Below, one piece after another: positions 10,711-20,707 of a DNA stretch of 64,000 nucleotides. The stretch is from positions 2,208,001-2,272,000 of the forward strand of contig OZ242358.1 of the NCBI GenBank assembly GCA_965208835.1, given 5' to 3'. The notes under the pieces were generated by a model. That model saw nothing but the letters and a program-made list of their open reading frames with translations, was not told the origin of the DNA and did no database searches. This DNA is from Candidatus Latescibacterota bacterium (lineage in GTDB: Bacteria > Latescibacterota > UBA2968 > GCA-2709665). Numbering within the stretch: the first letter of the stretch is position 1; each line of letters begins with the position of its first letter. Position numbers and translations under genes: made by a program.

Positions 10711-11457
10711 TTATCCCCGTGCCCGTTCCAGGTAATCGGCTGCTCCCGCAGCGATCCACGGGGCCAGAGTCGTCAATAGGAATCGTGCGCCGAGGTCGGT
10801 GTATTTTTCTACGTTATTGTTGGTCGTCAGTGTCCCCGGTGTACGTCCCGCGTCTCTGATGCGAATCAGCGTCTCGTCGACCGTGCGCTGTACATCGGGG
10901 TGGTCGTTGTTGCCGATATGGCCCATCGAAGCGGCCAGATCCGACGGCGCCACAAAGAAGACGTCGATTTGATCCACCCCGAGGATGGTATCCAGGTTTC
11001 GCACCGCGACGATGTCCTCAACGAGCACGACCAGAAGCGTCTCATCGTTTGCGGCATGCAGGTAATCGGGTACGCCGTAACCCTGGCGGCTGGTGAAGAG
11101 GCCGCGCTTGCCCAACGGCGCGAATTTACCGCCATCGACGACGTTGCGTGCCTCCGCCGCCGTATTGACGTGAGGAACGACGATGCCCTGCGCGCCCCGG
11201 TCCAGCGTGCGGTAAATAAGGGCCTGATCGTTGCGGTTGACCCTGACGATCGAGGTCATGCCCCAGATGTCGCAGGCCCTCGTGAGGTTGCCGAGGTCGG
11301 CCGCGTCGACGGGTCCGTGTTCTCCTTCCAGCCAGATGCCGTCGAAACCGGAGTCTCCGAATGCGTCGATGTCATCGGCATGCGTGAAGCCGCTTGCGAT
11401 GCAGGCGACTCCGCCCTCGGCGAGTCTTCGTTTGACGCGGTTCGGTCGGATAGTCAA
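10711..11457 (-). CDS. HpcH/HpaI aldolase family protein
   Basis: GFDGIWLEGEHGP, LDRGAQGIVVPHV, FVAPSDLAASMG. Confidence 0.9.
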   Translation of the reverse strand: MTIRPNRVKRRLAEGGVACIASGFTHADDIDAFGDSGFDGIWLEGEHGPVDAADLGNLTRACDIWGMTSIVRVNRNDQALIYRTLDRGAQGIVVPHVNTAAEARNVVDGGKFAPLGKRGLFTSRQGYGVPDYLHAANDETLLVVLVEDIVAVRNLDTILGVDQIDVFFVAPSDLAASMGHIGNNDHPDVQRTVDETLIRIRDAGRTPGTLTTNNNVEKYTDLGARFLLTTLAPWIAAGAADYLERARG

Positions 11458-11532
11458 GTACGATTCTCCTTTTCGAATTGACAGCAGGGCCTGCAGCAGT
11501 TGAAGCCCCGTACAGGTCAGGTGGGCTCCACG

Positions 11533-12297
11533 TTAGAGATCGATGCTGACGGGCGCGTGGTCGGAGACGGTCAGACCGGCCTCGCGGTGGACGTCGGCAT
11601 TGCTGAATCGTGTGGCGACCGCGGCATTTCCAAGCAGGTAGTCGATTCGCCAGCCCCGATCCAGTTCGCGTGCGCGCCCGCGATTGGACCACCACGAATA
11701 GGGCCCCTGCACGTCTCCGAAATGCTGCCGGACAAAGTCGTTCCATCCGGTAGCCAGCAGGTCGGTCATCCACTGCCGTTCGTGGGGCAGGAATCCTGAG
11801 TTTTTCGCGTTTCCCGTGGCGTAGAAAATGTCTTTTTCCGTGTGAGCAATATTGAAGTCGCCGCCGAGGACCACCGGTTCGTCCCGGCGCGCGTAGGGCT
11901 CTGCCCAGGGCAGAAACCGGGCCATCCAGAGATCTTCCTTGATCTTCTGGCGATCTTCGCTGGACGAGCCCGAGGGCAGGTAAACGTTGATCACCCTGAC
12001 GCCCTGTACGCGAACCTGGAGGATCCTGCCTTCCGGATCGGACCCGTGGATACCGGCGCCGAGAACCTCGAACTTCTGGCGCGACCAGATCGCAACACCG
12101 GAGTACCCTTTGCGTTGCGCCGGATGCCAGTGAACATGCCAGCCGCGCGGATTGGCCCACTCTCCGGGCAGTTGTTCGGGGAGCGCCCGGATTTCCTGGA
12201 GGAGGAGTACGTCAGGCGCGATCCGTTCGACGTGCCCGGCAAAGCCCTTTCTGAGCGCTGCGCGCAGTCCGTTCACATTCCAGGTGGTAATTCGCAT
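11533..12297 (-). CDS. xth: Exodeoxyribonuclease III / AP endonuclease
   Basis: TWNVNGLRA, LQE, GYSGVA, GDFNIAH, GWRIDY, SDHAPV. Confidence 0.95.
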   Translation of the reverse strand: MRITTWNVNGLRAALRKGFAGHVERIAPDVLLLQEIRALPEQLPGEWANPRGWHVHWHPAQRKGYSGVAIWSRQKFEVLGAGIHGSDPEGRILQVRVQGVRVINVYLPSGSSSEDRQKIKEDLWMARFLPWAEPYARRDEPVVLGGDFNIAHTEKDIFYATGNAKNSGFLPHERQWMTDLLATGWNDFVRQHFGDVQGPYSWWSNRGRARELDRGWRIDYLLGNAAVATRFSNADVHREAGLTVSDHAPVSIDL

Positions 12298-12358
12298 GGA
12301 CCGGGACGTTGTGAGAACACCGGCTTTGCCGGCGGTTGAATGGTTGGATGCTATGGGT

Positions 12359-14233
12359 TCAGGACGCGAGTGCCGCTTCGAAACTGAGTGTCTGTTGCTG
12401 GCGGGATACGGTGATGCCGCCGTTCTCGGGTACCAACACGATGTCCGACGGGTCGCAGTCGATACCGAATGCCACGGCGAACCTGACGGGTCCTGGCTTC
12501 AGTTCGGTATCGATCTTCAGATATTCGATTTCCAGGCTCTCAGCGTCTGCGTGTCCCGGTTTCAGGTCCTCGTGTCTGTCCCTGAGGAACACGGCGTTCG
12601 AAGGCGTCAACAGACGCACGTTCACAACAGTATTTCCATCGACAAGCGTGGCCGAAGGCCCGTCTGTTTCCGCGGAACCGGAGAAGTGAATGCGGGACTC
12701 CATTCGGGTCACGTCCGTGACCTCAATCTCGTCTATTACGACAAAGAGCGCCGGACGGAGGTAGAGGAAATGGCGGACGAAAACCGTGAGTCTGTCGATG
12801 CCGTAGGCGGGCGCGATGGACGCCCTCAGGTAGTCGTGGTTGCCCGTGAATTCGGTCTTTTCCACGGTGCCGACGAGGCGACGTTCGCCGGGCTGCCCCT
12901 GTCCGTCGAAGAGCGGCAGATTGTGACCGTCCGTCGCCTTGAAGATCCATTCGCCGGGGTCTCCGTAGCGGCCGATGCCCAGTTCGCGAACGACGGTTCT
13001 CTGGCCGGCGTGTATAATATAGTTCCCGACATCCGCATGGCCGTGGGGTTCGACCGTAGCCCCGATCTTCAACGCCAGGACGGGCGCGTCCTGATCCTTC
13101 CAGGAGCCTCGCATGACGCACCAGCCGGCATCCGGAAAGTAGGCGGACGGGTGGTGCGGGTCCGGCAGTTCGGGAACGGTATCGGACGCATCCCAGAAGA
13201 GCTCAGCCAGTCTGGTGGACGGACGGCGGTCCGTGGTGATCCGATCGACGTAGGCGGCCGCGCGATTGTCGTATTCCTGCGCGAACTTGCGGAAGGCCAT
13301 ACCATCCGGAAAGTGCTTTCCGCAATCGGCGAAGTTGACCACGCGGTCGGGCGGGAGATAGCAATTGATGGGGAATTCGACCGTATTCCTGAGTTTGGGA
13401 TGGTCGTAAAGGTTGATCCTTCCGCCGGTGAGCCGCCTTAGCGCATCCGAAAACGGAAAGGAAGTAACGATTCCGTAGTTCCAATACCCCGGGCCCTCCT
13501 TCCACGAACCGTCGTTCTGAATGGCATCGTAGAATTTCGTGATGCGCTCAATACATTCCCGTATGACGCCGAGCATGGCTTCACGAGGGCGAATCTTCGT
13601 CCGGAGATGGAAATGTCCCGCATCGAGCATGGCGAGGGCGCACAGGCCCATGTTGGATACGCACACGGAACACCAGTTGCTGTCGTAACGGGACGCCCAG
13701 AAGTGATGTTGCATGCCGCCGGTGCAGTGGGCCAGACCTCGCGCAAAGACCATGAACTCGAGTTCACGGCGCTGGTTCTCGGAAAGGGTGTCGTAGAGCA
13801 GATCGTAAGCGGCGGCGAAACAGGCGCAGGTATGGCTGCCGTCCAGATCCAGAAGCATGAATTCGTGGACCGGGTGGACCCACGAGGGCCAGCTCATCAT
13901 TGAAGCGAGGCCCTCCCAGGCTTTTTCGGCGTAGGCCCGATCCTGGTCGACCGCGTAAGCCAGCAGATAGTCTTCAACGAGATTCCGCGCTTCGCCGGAA
14001 AGGCGGCTGTATGTCTCCCAGATGCCGTTCCTGTAGCTGTCCTCTCTCGGCGGCGGGGTTGGGAACGGGAGATCGAGTTGAGCGTTCAGCCGCTCGCGCG
14101 TTTGCGCGTAGACCTCCGCGTGGGAGCCTTCGAGGCAGCGTGCCCGCACGCGGTCCAGGTCCGTCCTGTCGAAGTAGAGATAGGGATGTTCCAGGGTCTC
14201 GGGTATGAGACGCTCAACGTCAGGTACGGTCAC
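12359..14233 (-). CDS. Heparinase II/III-family (DUF4962-like) lyase
   Basis: HPYLYF, SNW, DGSWKEGPGYWNYG, VNFAD, HGHAD, GHN motifs. Confidence 0.8.
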   Translation of the reverse strand: MTVPDVERLIPETLEHPYLYFDRTDLDRVRARCLEGSHAEVYAQTRERLNAQLDLPFPTPPPREDSYRNGIWETYSRLSGEARNLVEDYLLAYAVDQDRAYAEKAWEGLASMMSWPSWVHPVHEFMLLDLDGSHTCACFAAAYDLLYDTLSENQRRELEFMVFARGLAHCTGGMQHHFWASRYDSNWCSVCVSNMGLCALAMLDAGHFHLRTKIRPREAMLGVIRECIERITKFYDAIQNDGSWKEGPGYWNYGIVTSFPFSDALRRLTGGRINLYDHPKLRNTVEFPINCYLPPDRVVNFADCGKHFPDGMAFRKFAQEYDNRAAAYVDRITTDRRPSTRLAELFWDASDTVPELPDPHHPSAYFPDAGWCVMRGSWKDQDAPVLALKIGATVEPHGHADVGNYIIHAGQRTVVRELGIGRYGDPGEWIFKATDGHNLPLFDGQGQPGERRLVGTVEKTEFTGNHDYLRASIAPAYGIDRLTVFVRHFLYLRPALFVVIDEIEVTDVTRMESRIHFSGSAETDGPSATLVDGNTVVNVRLLTPSNAVFLRDRHEDLKPGHADAESLEIEYLKIDTELKPGPVRFAVAFGIDCDPSDIVLVPENGGITVSRQQQTLSFEAALAS

Positions 14234-14324
14234 GGAGACTCCTGATCATCTGGAATCTGGCGGGAATGGCGAATCGCCGCCAACGCATGTAGAGCCAATG
14301 GGGCCTGGCGCGGTATCGGAAGTC

Positions 14325-14353
14325 AATATAGCGATCGGCAAATTGGGGGTCAA
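14325..14353 (-). promoter_or_regulatory. Sigma70-type promoter upstream of the heparinase-like gene
   Basis: TTGACC-17 nt-TATATT on the minus strand. Confidence 0.6.
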
Positions 14354-14388
14354 GCAGATGTGTTGGAGGGACAGGGCACAGGCGTCCG

Positions 14389-15264
14389 CTACGTTCGCTT
14401 TCTGGCCAGCAGGACGCGTTCCCTGCCCGAGAGGTCGGGAACGGTCCGTTCATGGATGAACCCGGACGATTCTGACAGGAGATTCAACACATCCGGCGCG
14501 CTGCCGTCCGCAACTTCGAGAGCCAGCCAGCCGTCTTGTTGCATGTGGTCCGAGGCCTGGGCGATGATCGTGCGGTGGAAGGCGAGCCCGTCCGGCCCGC
14601 CGTCGAGTGCGAGCGGGGGGTCGAAGCAGCGAACTTCGGGTTGAAGGGACGGCAGGTCGCGTTCTGCGACATACGGCGGATTTGACACGACGGCGTGGAA
14701 CGCGCACCGAGTCCTGAATGCGGCAAGAAGGTCCGCGCAAACAAAAGCGACCCGCTGCTGAACATCGTTTCGAAAGGCATTGCGGGCCGCCAGCCGGAGT
14801 GCTTTCAAGGAAACGTCGGTTGCGACCAGGCGACTCGCGGGAAGTGCGTGCGCAAGCGCCACGGCAACAGGACCCGCCCCGGTACCGACGTCGAGAATCC
14901 GCGGCCCTGTATGGGCATCCAGGCGTTCGACAAGCGATTCGACGAGGATTTCGGTTTCAGGACGGGGGATGAGCGCGTCGGGTCCGACGTGGAACGGAAG
15001 GGAGAAAAACTCGGTTTCGCCAAGCAGGTGCTGAAGCGGAACACGCGTGCGCCGTTTTTGTACGAAGTCCCGGAGGCGCTGAAATTGCGCCGGCTTAAGT
15101 CGTCGACGAGGGTTCACGAAGATGCCGGAACGGCTGGTTTTCAGGACCGCCGCAAGCAGCCACTCAACGTCCGTGCGTGGGTCAGGTACACCGGCATCCG
15201 CAAGGATGCGTTCCATCGTGGCGAGGACATCGGCGGTGGTGGGAAGGGAGGAGGATTCGGCCAT
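14389..15264 (-). CDS. prmC: Release factor glutamine methyltransferase
   Basis: LIPRPETE, LDVGTGAG, VSNPPY, ALDGGPDGL; downstream of prfA. Confidence 0.95.
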   Translation of the reverse strand: MAESSSLPTTADVLATMERILADAGVPDPRTDVEWLLAAVLKTSRSGIFVNPRRRLKPAQFQRLRDFVQKRRTRVPLQHLLGETEFFSLPFHVGPDALIPRPETEILVESLVERLDAHTGPRILDVGTGAGPVAVALAHALPASRLVATDVSLKALRLAARNAFRNDVQQRVAFVCADLLAAFRTRCAFHAVVSNPPYVAERDLPSLQPEVRCFDPPLALDGGPDGLAFHRTIIAQASDHMQQDGWLALEVADGSAPDVLNLLSESSGFIHERTVPDLSGRERVLLARKRT

Positions 15265-15298
15265 GGCCTGTTCTTCGAAGACCCGTGCCCGGTCGATA

Positions 15299-16387
15299 TC
15301 AGGTGGGAACTGATCTGTTCTCTTCGCCGTCTCTTATAATATCGGCATGGTCTGCCAGGCGCAAGGCATTGATGAAATCGTCCAGGTCCCCCTCGAGCGT
15401 CTCTTCGAGTTTGTGGAGTGTGAGTCTTATCCGGTGGTCGGTGACCCTGCCCTGGGGAAAATTATACGTGCGGATCTTCGCGCTTCGGTCGCCTGTGCCT
15501 ACCTGAGCCCTCCGATTCCGGGAGGCTGTGTCCCGCTGGTCCTGGAGTGCTCGATCAAGGAGCCGGGCACGGAGGACCTTCAACGCCTTGGCCTTGTTCT
15601 TGTGCTGTGACTTCTCGTCCTGGCACTGTACGATCAGGCCGGTGGGCAAATGGGTAATCCGTACGGCTGAATCGGTGGTATTGACACTCTGGCCTCCCGG
15701 CCCCGAGGAACGGTAGACGTCAACCCTGATCTCATCGGGATTGATTTCGATATCCACATCTTCGGCTTCGGGCAGTACCGCAACCGTGGATGTGGATGTA
15801 TGGATGCGCCCGCTGGACTCGGTCTCGGGAATTCGCTGGACGCGGTGTACGCCGCTCTCGTATTTCAGGTTTCCGTAGACATCGCTCCCGGCAACCGAGA
15901 AGATGACCTCCTTGAATCCGCCGATGCCGGTCGGATTGGCGCTGAGCAGTTCGGCCTGCCACCCCTTTGATTCAGAGTAACGGGTGTACATTCGATACAG
16001 ATCGGCAGCAAAAAGCGCCGCCTCATCGCCTCCTGCGCCGGCGCGGATCTCCACAATTGTGTTTTTGCCGTCATTGGGGTCCCTGGGGATCAGCAGGAAT
16101 TGGAGTTTCCCGGAGAGCCGGGCCTCCTCACGCTCGAGTTCGGCGTGCTCCTCGCGGGCGATTTCAACCAGTTCGGCGTCGTTCGAGTCCCGGATGATTT
16201 CCGCGGCTTCCTCCAGGTCGTTTGCAACCTGCCTGTATTCACGGTATGTGTTGACGATTTCTTCAAGACGGCGAAATTCCCTGGTGAGGTCTCTGAACCT
16301 GTTGGGGTTGGCCGCGACATCCGGCCGCGCCATTTCCGAACGGATCTCTTCAAATCGATTCTCGACTGCTTCCAGTTGACCGAACAT
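15299..16387 (-). CDS. prfA: Peptide chain release factor 1
   Basis: GGQ motif ([10 protein letters not shown]), PxT motif (PET), [17 protein letters not shown]. Confidence 0.97.
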   Translation of the reverse strand: MFGQLEAVENRFEEIRSEMARPDVAANPNRFRDLTREFRRLEEIVNTYREYRQVANDLEEAAEIIRDSNDAELVEIAREEHAELEREEARLSGKLQFLLIPRDPNDGKNTIVEIRAGAGGDEAALFAADLYRMYTRYSESKGWQAELLSANPTGIGGFKEVIFSVAGSDVYGNLKYESGVHRVQRIPETESSGRIHTSTSTVAVLPEAEDVDIEINPDEIRVDVYRSSGPGGQSVNTTDSAVRITHLPTGLIVQCQDEKSQHKNKAKALKVLRARLLDRALQDQRDTASRNRRAQVGTGDRSAKIRTYNFPQGRVTDHRIRLTLHKLEETLEGDLDDFINALRLADHADIIRDGEENRSVPT

Positions 16388-16558
16388 GTGGCTTCCCTGC
16401 CTGGTCTTCGAATGGACAGATCGGTCTCTACATCGTGATGCCAGGCCGATCTGTTGAAGCAGGAATTGGCGCCGCCGTTTTCCCGATCAGCGGCGAGTCG
16501 CCGACTCCCGCAAATACGCCAGCGACGAATGCAGTCGGACACTCGTAGAATAGACAAC

Positions 16559-16615
16559 AAAAAAGGCGAAGCGGTACGCGCGCCCGACGGAAGGCGGACG
16601 ATGCCGTTTCACCTT
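16559..16615 (-). terminator. Probable intrinsic terminator after rpmE
   Basis: Minus-strand hairpin AAGGTGAAACGGCAT...GTACCGCTTCGCCTT followed by a T run. Confidence 0.6.
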
Positions 16616-16635
16616 ATGATTGACACACCGGGTGG

Positions 16636-16893
16636 CTAATCTTCGGCGGCTGCCTTTGCGTCGGCCTGTTCGGGGACATCCCCGGCTTTTTCTTTGTCTA
16701 TATTGTAACGCCGCCGGTACCGTTCCACCATGCCCGCGGTGTCCACCAGTCGCTGCTTGCCCGTATAGAACGGATGACAATCGGAGCAAATGTCGACCCG
16801 AAGGCCGGGCACGGTCGCGTACGTATTCAGGGATTTCCCGCAGGCGCAGGTAATGGTGGTTTCCACGTATTCAGGATGAATATTCGGTTTCAC
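16636..16893 (-). CDS. rpmE: 50S ribosomal protein L31 (zinc-binding CxC..CxxC type)
   Basis: GTG start; KPNIHPEY, CACG, DICSDCHPFYTGKQR. Confidence 0.95.
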   Translation of the reverse strand: MKPNIHPEYVETTITCACGKSLNTYATVPGLRVDICSDCHPFYTGKQRLVDTAGMVERYRRRYNIDKEKAGDVPEQADAKAAAED

Positions 16894-16991
16894 GTGACAA
16901 ATACCCTCGAATCTGGATGAAACGACGACAGAATCAGCCACACAATGTATACAAAACAGAGTTCCAGCGCAAGAATTTAAAGGCTGAACGA

Positions 16992-17154
16992 GTGTCCTGT
17001 CCCAAAAATTCCTCACCATTCGACCGGCGATTCATCCCGTCTCGCTACGTTCCCCTCGCTCGCCGACCTTACGCAGGTCGCCTGCGCTCAGGCGCCTTGC
17101 GAGACGGGTGACTCTACGGTCGAATTGAGGCAACTTATTTCCGGGACAGAACAC
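16992..17154. mobile_element. MITE-like family C copy
   Basis: Terminal inverted repeats GTGTCCTGTCCC...GGGACAGAACAC followed by TAG; homologous over its full length (opposite strand) to 20480-20641. Confidence 0.8.
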
Positions 17155-17215
17155 TAGCCCGATATGCAACCGCCGCCGCGGGCGCATACGGATCCGCGGA
17201 TCCTGAAAGCCGCTC

Positions 17216-18523
17216 TTACAGCTGTCTGTTCATCGAATCCAGGAATGCCTCGTTGTTTTTTGTACCAGCCATTTTCTCCTTGAGGAACTCCATGGCTTCC
17301 AGGGCGGGCATCTGGTTGAGCAGCCGGCGCAGGATCCAGACCCGGTTAAGTTCCTTTTCGTCGAGCAGCAGTTCCTCTTTCCGGGTTCCGGACAGGGTTA
17401 CGTCGATAGCGGGATAGATGCGCCGGTTACTCAGGCGCCGGTCCAGCTTCAATTCCATGTTGCCGGTACCCTTGAATTCTTCGAAAATGACCTCGTCCAT
17501 ACGGCTTCCGGTCTCAACGAGAGCAGTAGACAGGATGGTCAGGCTGCCGCCCTCTTCGATATTTCGCGCGGCGCCGAAGAATCGCTTGGGCCATTGCATG
17601 GCGCTGGAATCGAGGCCGCCGGTAAGGATCCTGCCGCTGTGAGGGACGACGTTGTTATAGGCCCGGGCGAGGCGCGTGATGCTGTCCAGGAGAATGACGA
17701 CGTCCTGTTGATGTTCCACCAGACGCTTGGCCTTTTCGATGACCATATCCGCCACCTGTACATGCCGGGTCGGGGGCTCGTCGAACGTGGAGCTGATGAC
17801 TTCCCCGTTGACGGACCTCAGCATGTCGGTTACTTCCTCGGGGCGTTCGTCTATCAGGAGCACAATGAGATTGACTTCCGGGTGGTTCTCGGTGATTGCG
17901 TTGGCGATTTTTTGAAGCAGCATGGTTTTGCCCGTAAAGGGAGGGGCTACGATCATGCCGCGCTGCCCCTTGCCGATGGGAGTCAGCAGATTCATGATTC
18001 GAGTTGAGAAGTCGTTCGAATCGTATTCCAGTTTCATGCGCTGCCGGGGATGCAACGGCGTGAGGTTGTCGAACAGGGTTTTCTGTTTGGCCTGTTCCGG
18101 ATCTTCGAAGTTCACCGCCTCGACCCGGATGAGCGCGAAATACTTCTCGTCGTTCTTCGGCGGGCGAATCTGTCCGGAAATGGTGTCTCCCGTGCGGAGA
18201 TTGAATCGTTTGATCTGCGAATGTGAAACGTAGATGTCGTCCGGACCCGGGAGATAGTTATAATTGGGCGACCGCAGGAATCCGAAGCCGTCTTCCAGGA
18301 TTTCGAGAACGCCTTTGGCCAATATCAGACCGTTCTTCGCGGTCTGTGCCTGGATGATCGCAAATATCAGTTCCTGTTTTCTCAGGCTACCGTAGCTCTG
18401 GATCTCCAGGGTCTGGGCCAACCTTGCGAGTTCCGAAATGGTCATGTTCTGGAGTTCCAGTACTTCCACACCACCTGCCCGTGGCGGTGCTTTCGGGATT
18501 TCCCTGGTCGTTTCGGTTGCCAT
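17216..18523 (-). CDS. rho: Transcription termination factor Rho
   Basis: [52 protein letters not shown]. Confidence 0.98.
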   Translation of the reverse strand: MATETTREIPKAPPRAGGVEVLELQNMTISELARLAQTLEIQSYGSLRKQELIFAIIQAQTAKNGLILAKGVLEILEDGFGFLRSPNYNYLPGPDDIYVSHSQIKRFNLRTGDTISGQIRPPKNDEKYFALIRVEAVNFEDPEQAKQKTLFDNLTPLHPRQRMKLEYDSNDFSTRIMNLLTPIGKGQRGMIVAPPFTGKTMLLQKIANAITENHPEVNLIVLLIDERPEEVTDMLRSVNGEVISSTFDEPPTRHVQVADMVIEKAKRLVEHQQDVVILLDSITRLARAYNNVVPHSGRILTGGLDSSAMQWPKRFFGAARNIEEGGSLTILSTALVETGSRMDEVIFEEFKGTGNMELKLDRRLSNRRIYPAIDVTLSGTRKEELLLDEKELNRVWILRRLLNQMPALEAMEFLKEKMAGTKNNEAFLDSMNRQL

Positions 18524-18753
18524 TGGCGGATCCAATATGTTGAAGATGTTGCGTGTGGGATACAGACGGCTTATCTCTCAGGGGCTGCGACCGAACCCGG
18601 ACAGCCGGAGGCAGCAACGGAGAAACGGGTCGGACGTGTCTGACAAAAGGAGGCGAATCAGAGGAAGTTCGTGTAGCCAAGGATGCCTGAAGCGAGGAGT
18701 CGTCTGTATGTGTGCGGCAAAAAGTGGGAAGGAAGCGGAAGAATTACACTGAA

Positions 18754-18782
18754 AAAGTAAACCAAGAGGTAAGTGTTGTCAA
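18754..18782 (-). promoter_or_regulatory. Sigma70-type promoter of rho
   Basis: TTGACA-17 nt-TACTTT on the minus strand, followed by a C/U-rich leader of about 220 nt. Confidence 0.65.
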
Positions 18783-18926
18783 GTTTTTTCTTTATTTTTC
18801 CGGAAGATAGAGAAAATGCCATTAAAATGTTTCACAGGATCGGTTTCCGGTGCGGGGGGGCTGACGTCTATCGAGATTGGAGCGCGGCCTGACACGCAGC
18901 GGTGTGGTTCGGCTGCGGAATCGGGC

Positions 18927-18955
18927 TTGCCTTTTGAAGATGGACTGCATAGGTT
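18927..18955 (+). promoter_or_regulatory. Possible sigma70-type promoter of the kinase
   Basis: TTGCCT-17 nt-TAGGTT. Confidence 0.4.
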
Positions 18956-18968
18956 AAATGGAATCCGG

Positions 18969-19114
18969 CCGCCCGTGGAAAAAGCCCATCCGGGCTGCGG
19001 CCGGGCCTTGCGGTCGAAATACTGCGTTGCGCTCCCTCGCCGAGTCGGGCGATTCGACTCGGTCGCGCACCTTGTCTTCGGCCTTGCCTGCAGAGCGACT
19101 TTATCAACGGACTG
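18969..19114 (-). mobile_element. MITE-like family B copy (degenerate ends)
   Basis: CCGCCCGTGGAAAAAGCCCATCCGGG...GCAGAGCGACTTTATCAACGGACTG; colinear with 20355 and reverse of 62221. Confidence 0.85.
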
Positions 19115-19137
19115 CTGAGGTCACCGGGGGAGCCGTC

Positions 19138-20211
19138 ATGCCGAAATCCGCCTCGGAATACAGCACCGCGCTGCTGGAGGGCCTTAATGAAGGTTTAATT
19201 GCGTTCGACCTGCAACGCAATGCCGTGCTGGCCAACGGGGCGTCGATTCGTCTACTGGGACTGGCCGGACAGGAAGTGGCCGGACGCCGGGCCGACGAGC
19301 TCTTCGCCGGACGCCCTGAACTGCTGAAGATACTGGATGCCGGGTTCCGGGGTTGTCTGTACGCGGAACCGAAAGACCTGATGTTGCAGCAGGAAGACGG
19401 TGGAATGCGTCGTTTGGGCGCGACCACGTCCTATTTGCTGGCGGAAGAGAGACAGGGGCTGGTTCTGGTTGTCCAGGACGTTTCCGCCCTGAAGCAGATG
19501 GAGTGGGAGACGTACCAGGTTGCCAAGATGAGCGCGCTGGGACGCCTGGCGGCATCCGTCGCCCACGAGGTCCGGAACCCTCTGGGCGCGGTGGACATTC
19601 AGCTGCAACTGCTGGAAGACGACCTTCGGGCAGTGGAAGACGGGTTGCGGAGCCGCATTTACCGCAGGCTCAACGTCGCCCGCATGGAGATGAAGCGGCT
19701 CGACCGGATCGTTCACAATTTCCTGAGGTTTTCCAGAACGCCGAGGCTGGACCTCAAACGGATCAGCCTGAACGACGTGGTTCGGCATGTGTTCGATCTG
19801 GTCTCTCCGGAAGCCCGCGAACGGGGCATTCGACTGAAACTGGATCTTCGCAAGGGTCTTCCCGAGGTCAATGGTGACGATAGCCAGTTAGGACAGGCCG
19901 TCCTGAACATAACGGTAAACGCGTTCCAGGCAATGGAATCCGGCGGGCAATTGTGTGCGAGAACACGGGCGGATTCCGCCGGCAGCCAAATCTGTCTGTC
20001 AATCTCGGATACCGGTTGCGGGATTCCCGATGAGGAGATCGATCGGATATTCGAGTACTATTATACAACCCGTGATGAAGGCACCGGACTTGGACTGTCG
20101 ATCGCCCAGCAGATTATCTATCAGCATCGGGGCCACATCGAGGTGGAGAGCGAAGCGGGAAAGGGAACCACATTCAGGATACACATGCCAACTGCCGGGC
20201 AGCCCGGATAA
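19138..20211 (+). CDS. Cytoplasmic PAS-domain histidine kinase (NtrB-like)
   Basis: PAS-like N-terminus, H-box VAHEVRNPL, N box NAFQA, DTGCGI, GTGLGLSI; no TM; upstream ORF extension is MITE sequence. Confidence 0.93.
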   Translation: MPKSASEYSTALLEGLNEGLIAFDLQRNAVLANGASIRLLGLAGQEVAGRRADELFAGRPELLKILDAGFRGCLYAEPKDLMLQQEDGGMRRLGATTSYLLAEERQGLVLVVQDVSALKQMEWETYQVAKMSALGRLAASVAHEVRNPLGAVDIQLQLLEDDLRAVEDGLRSRIYRRLNVARMEMKRLDRIVHNFLRFSRTPRLDLKRISLNDVVRHVFDLVSPEARERGIRLKLDLRKGLPEVNGDDSQLGQAVLNITVNAFQAMESGGQLCARTRADSAGSQICLSISDTGCGIPDEEIDRIFEYYYTTRDEGTGLGLSIAQQIIYQHRGHIEVESEAGKGTTFRIHMPTAGQPG

Positions 20212-20354
20212 CGTTCAAAGCAACGGGAACAGGCGCCGGATCGCAGGCGAGCCGGACGCCGGATCATCGTGAACCCGCACGAACCGGCGAAGGGTGCGGT
20301 CACACGCTGTCTCTGAATGAGAACCAGGTTGGGTCAGGTATCCTGTGATCTTAG

Positions 20355-20678
20355 CAGCCCGTTGAAAAAGCCCATCCGGGCTACAGCCGGCCCTTGCGGT
20401 CGAAATACTGCGTAGCGCTCCCTCGCCGAATCGCTGGATGGGACTCGGTTGCGCGCCTTGTCTTCGGCCACAATGGCAAGTGTTCCAGCCCGGAAATAGA
20501 TTGCCGAAATTCGACCGCCGAGTCGCCCGGCTGGCAAGGCGCCTGAGCAAGGCGACCTGCGCAAGGTCAGCGAGCGAAGGCAACGCCGCGAGACGGGATG
20601 AATCGGCGGATGAATGGTGACATATTTCCGGGATGGGACACCATACCTCGCCTGCAGAGCGACTTTTTTGACGGACTG
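20355..20678 (-). mobile_element. MITE-like family B copy carrying a nested family C element
   Basis: TIRs CAGCCCGTTGAAAAAG / CTTTTTTGACGGACTG; TTAG duplicated at 20351-20354 and 20679-20682. Confidence 0.88.
20480..20641. mobile_element. MITE-like family C copy nested in family B
   Basis: TIRs GTGTTCCAGCCCGGAAATA / TATTTCCGGGATGGGACAC; interrupts sequence that is contiguous in the 62221 copy. Confidence 0.85.
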
Positions 20679-20707
20679 TTAGACCAGGGTCACGCGCACG
20701 GAGTGAG

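Noticed and set aside
18958-19137. N-terminal ORF extensions and short ORFs made of repeat sequence (e.g. 18958, 34263, 40872, 20334-20564, 62105-62410)
   Set aside because: They translate MITE sequence; better starts with RBS lie downstream
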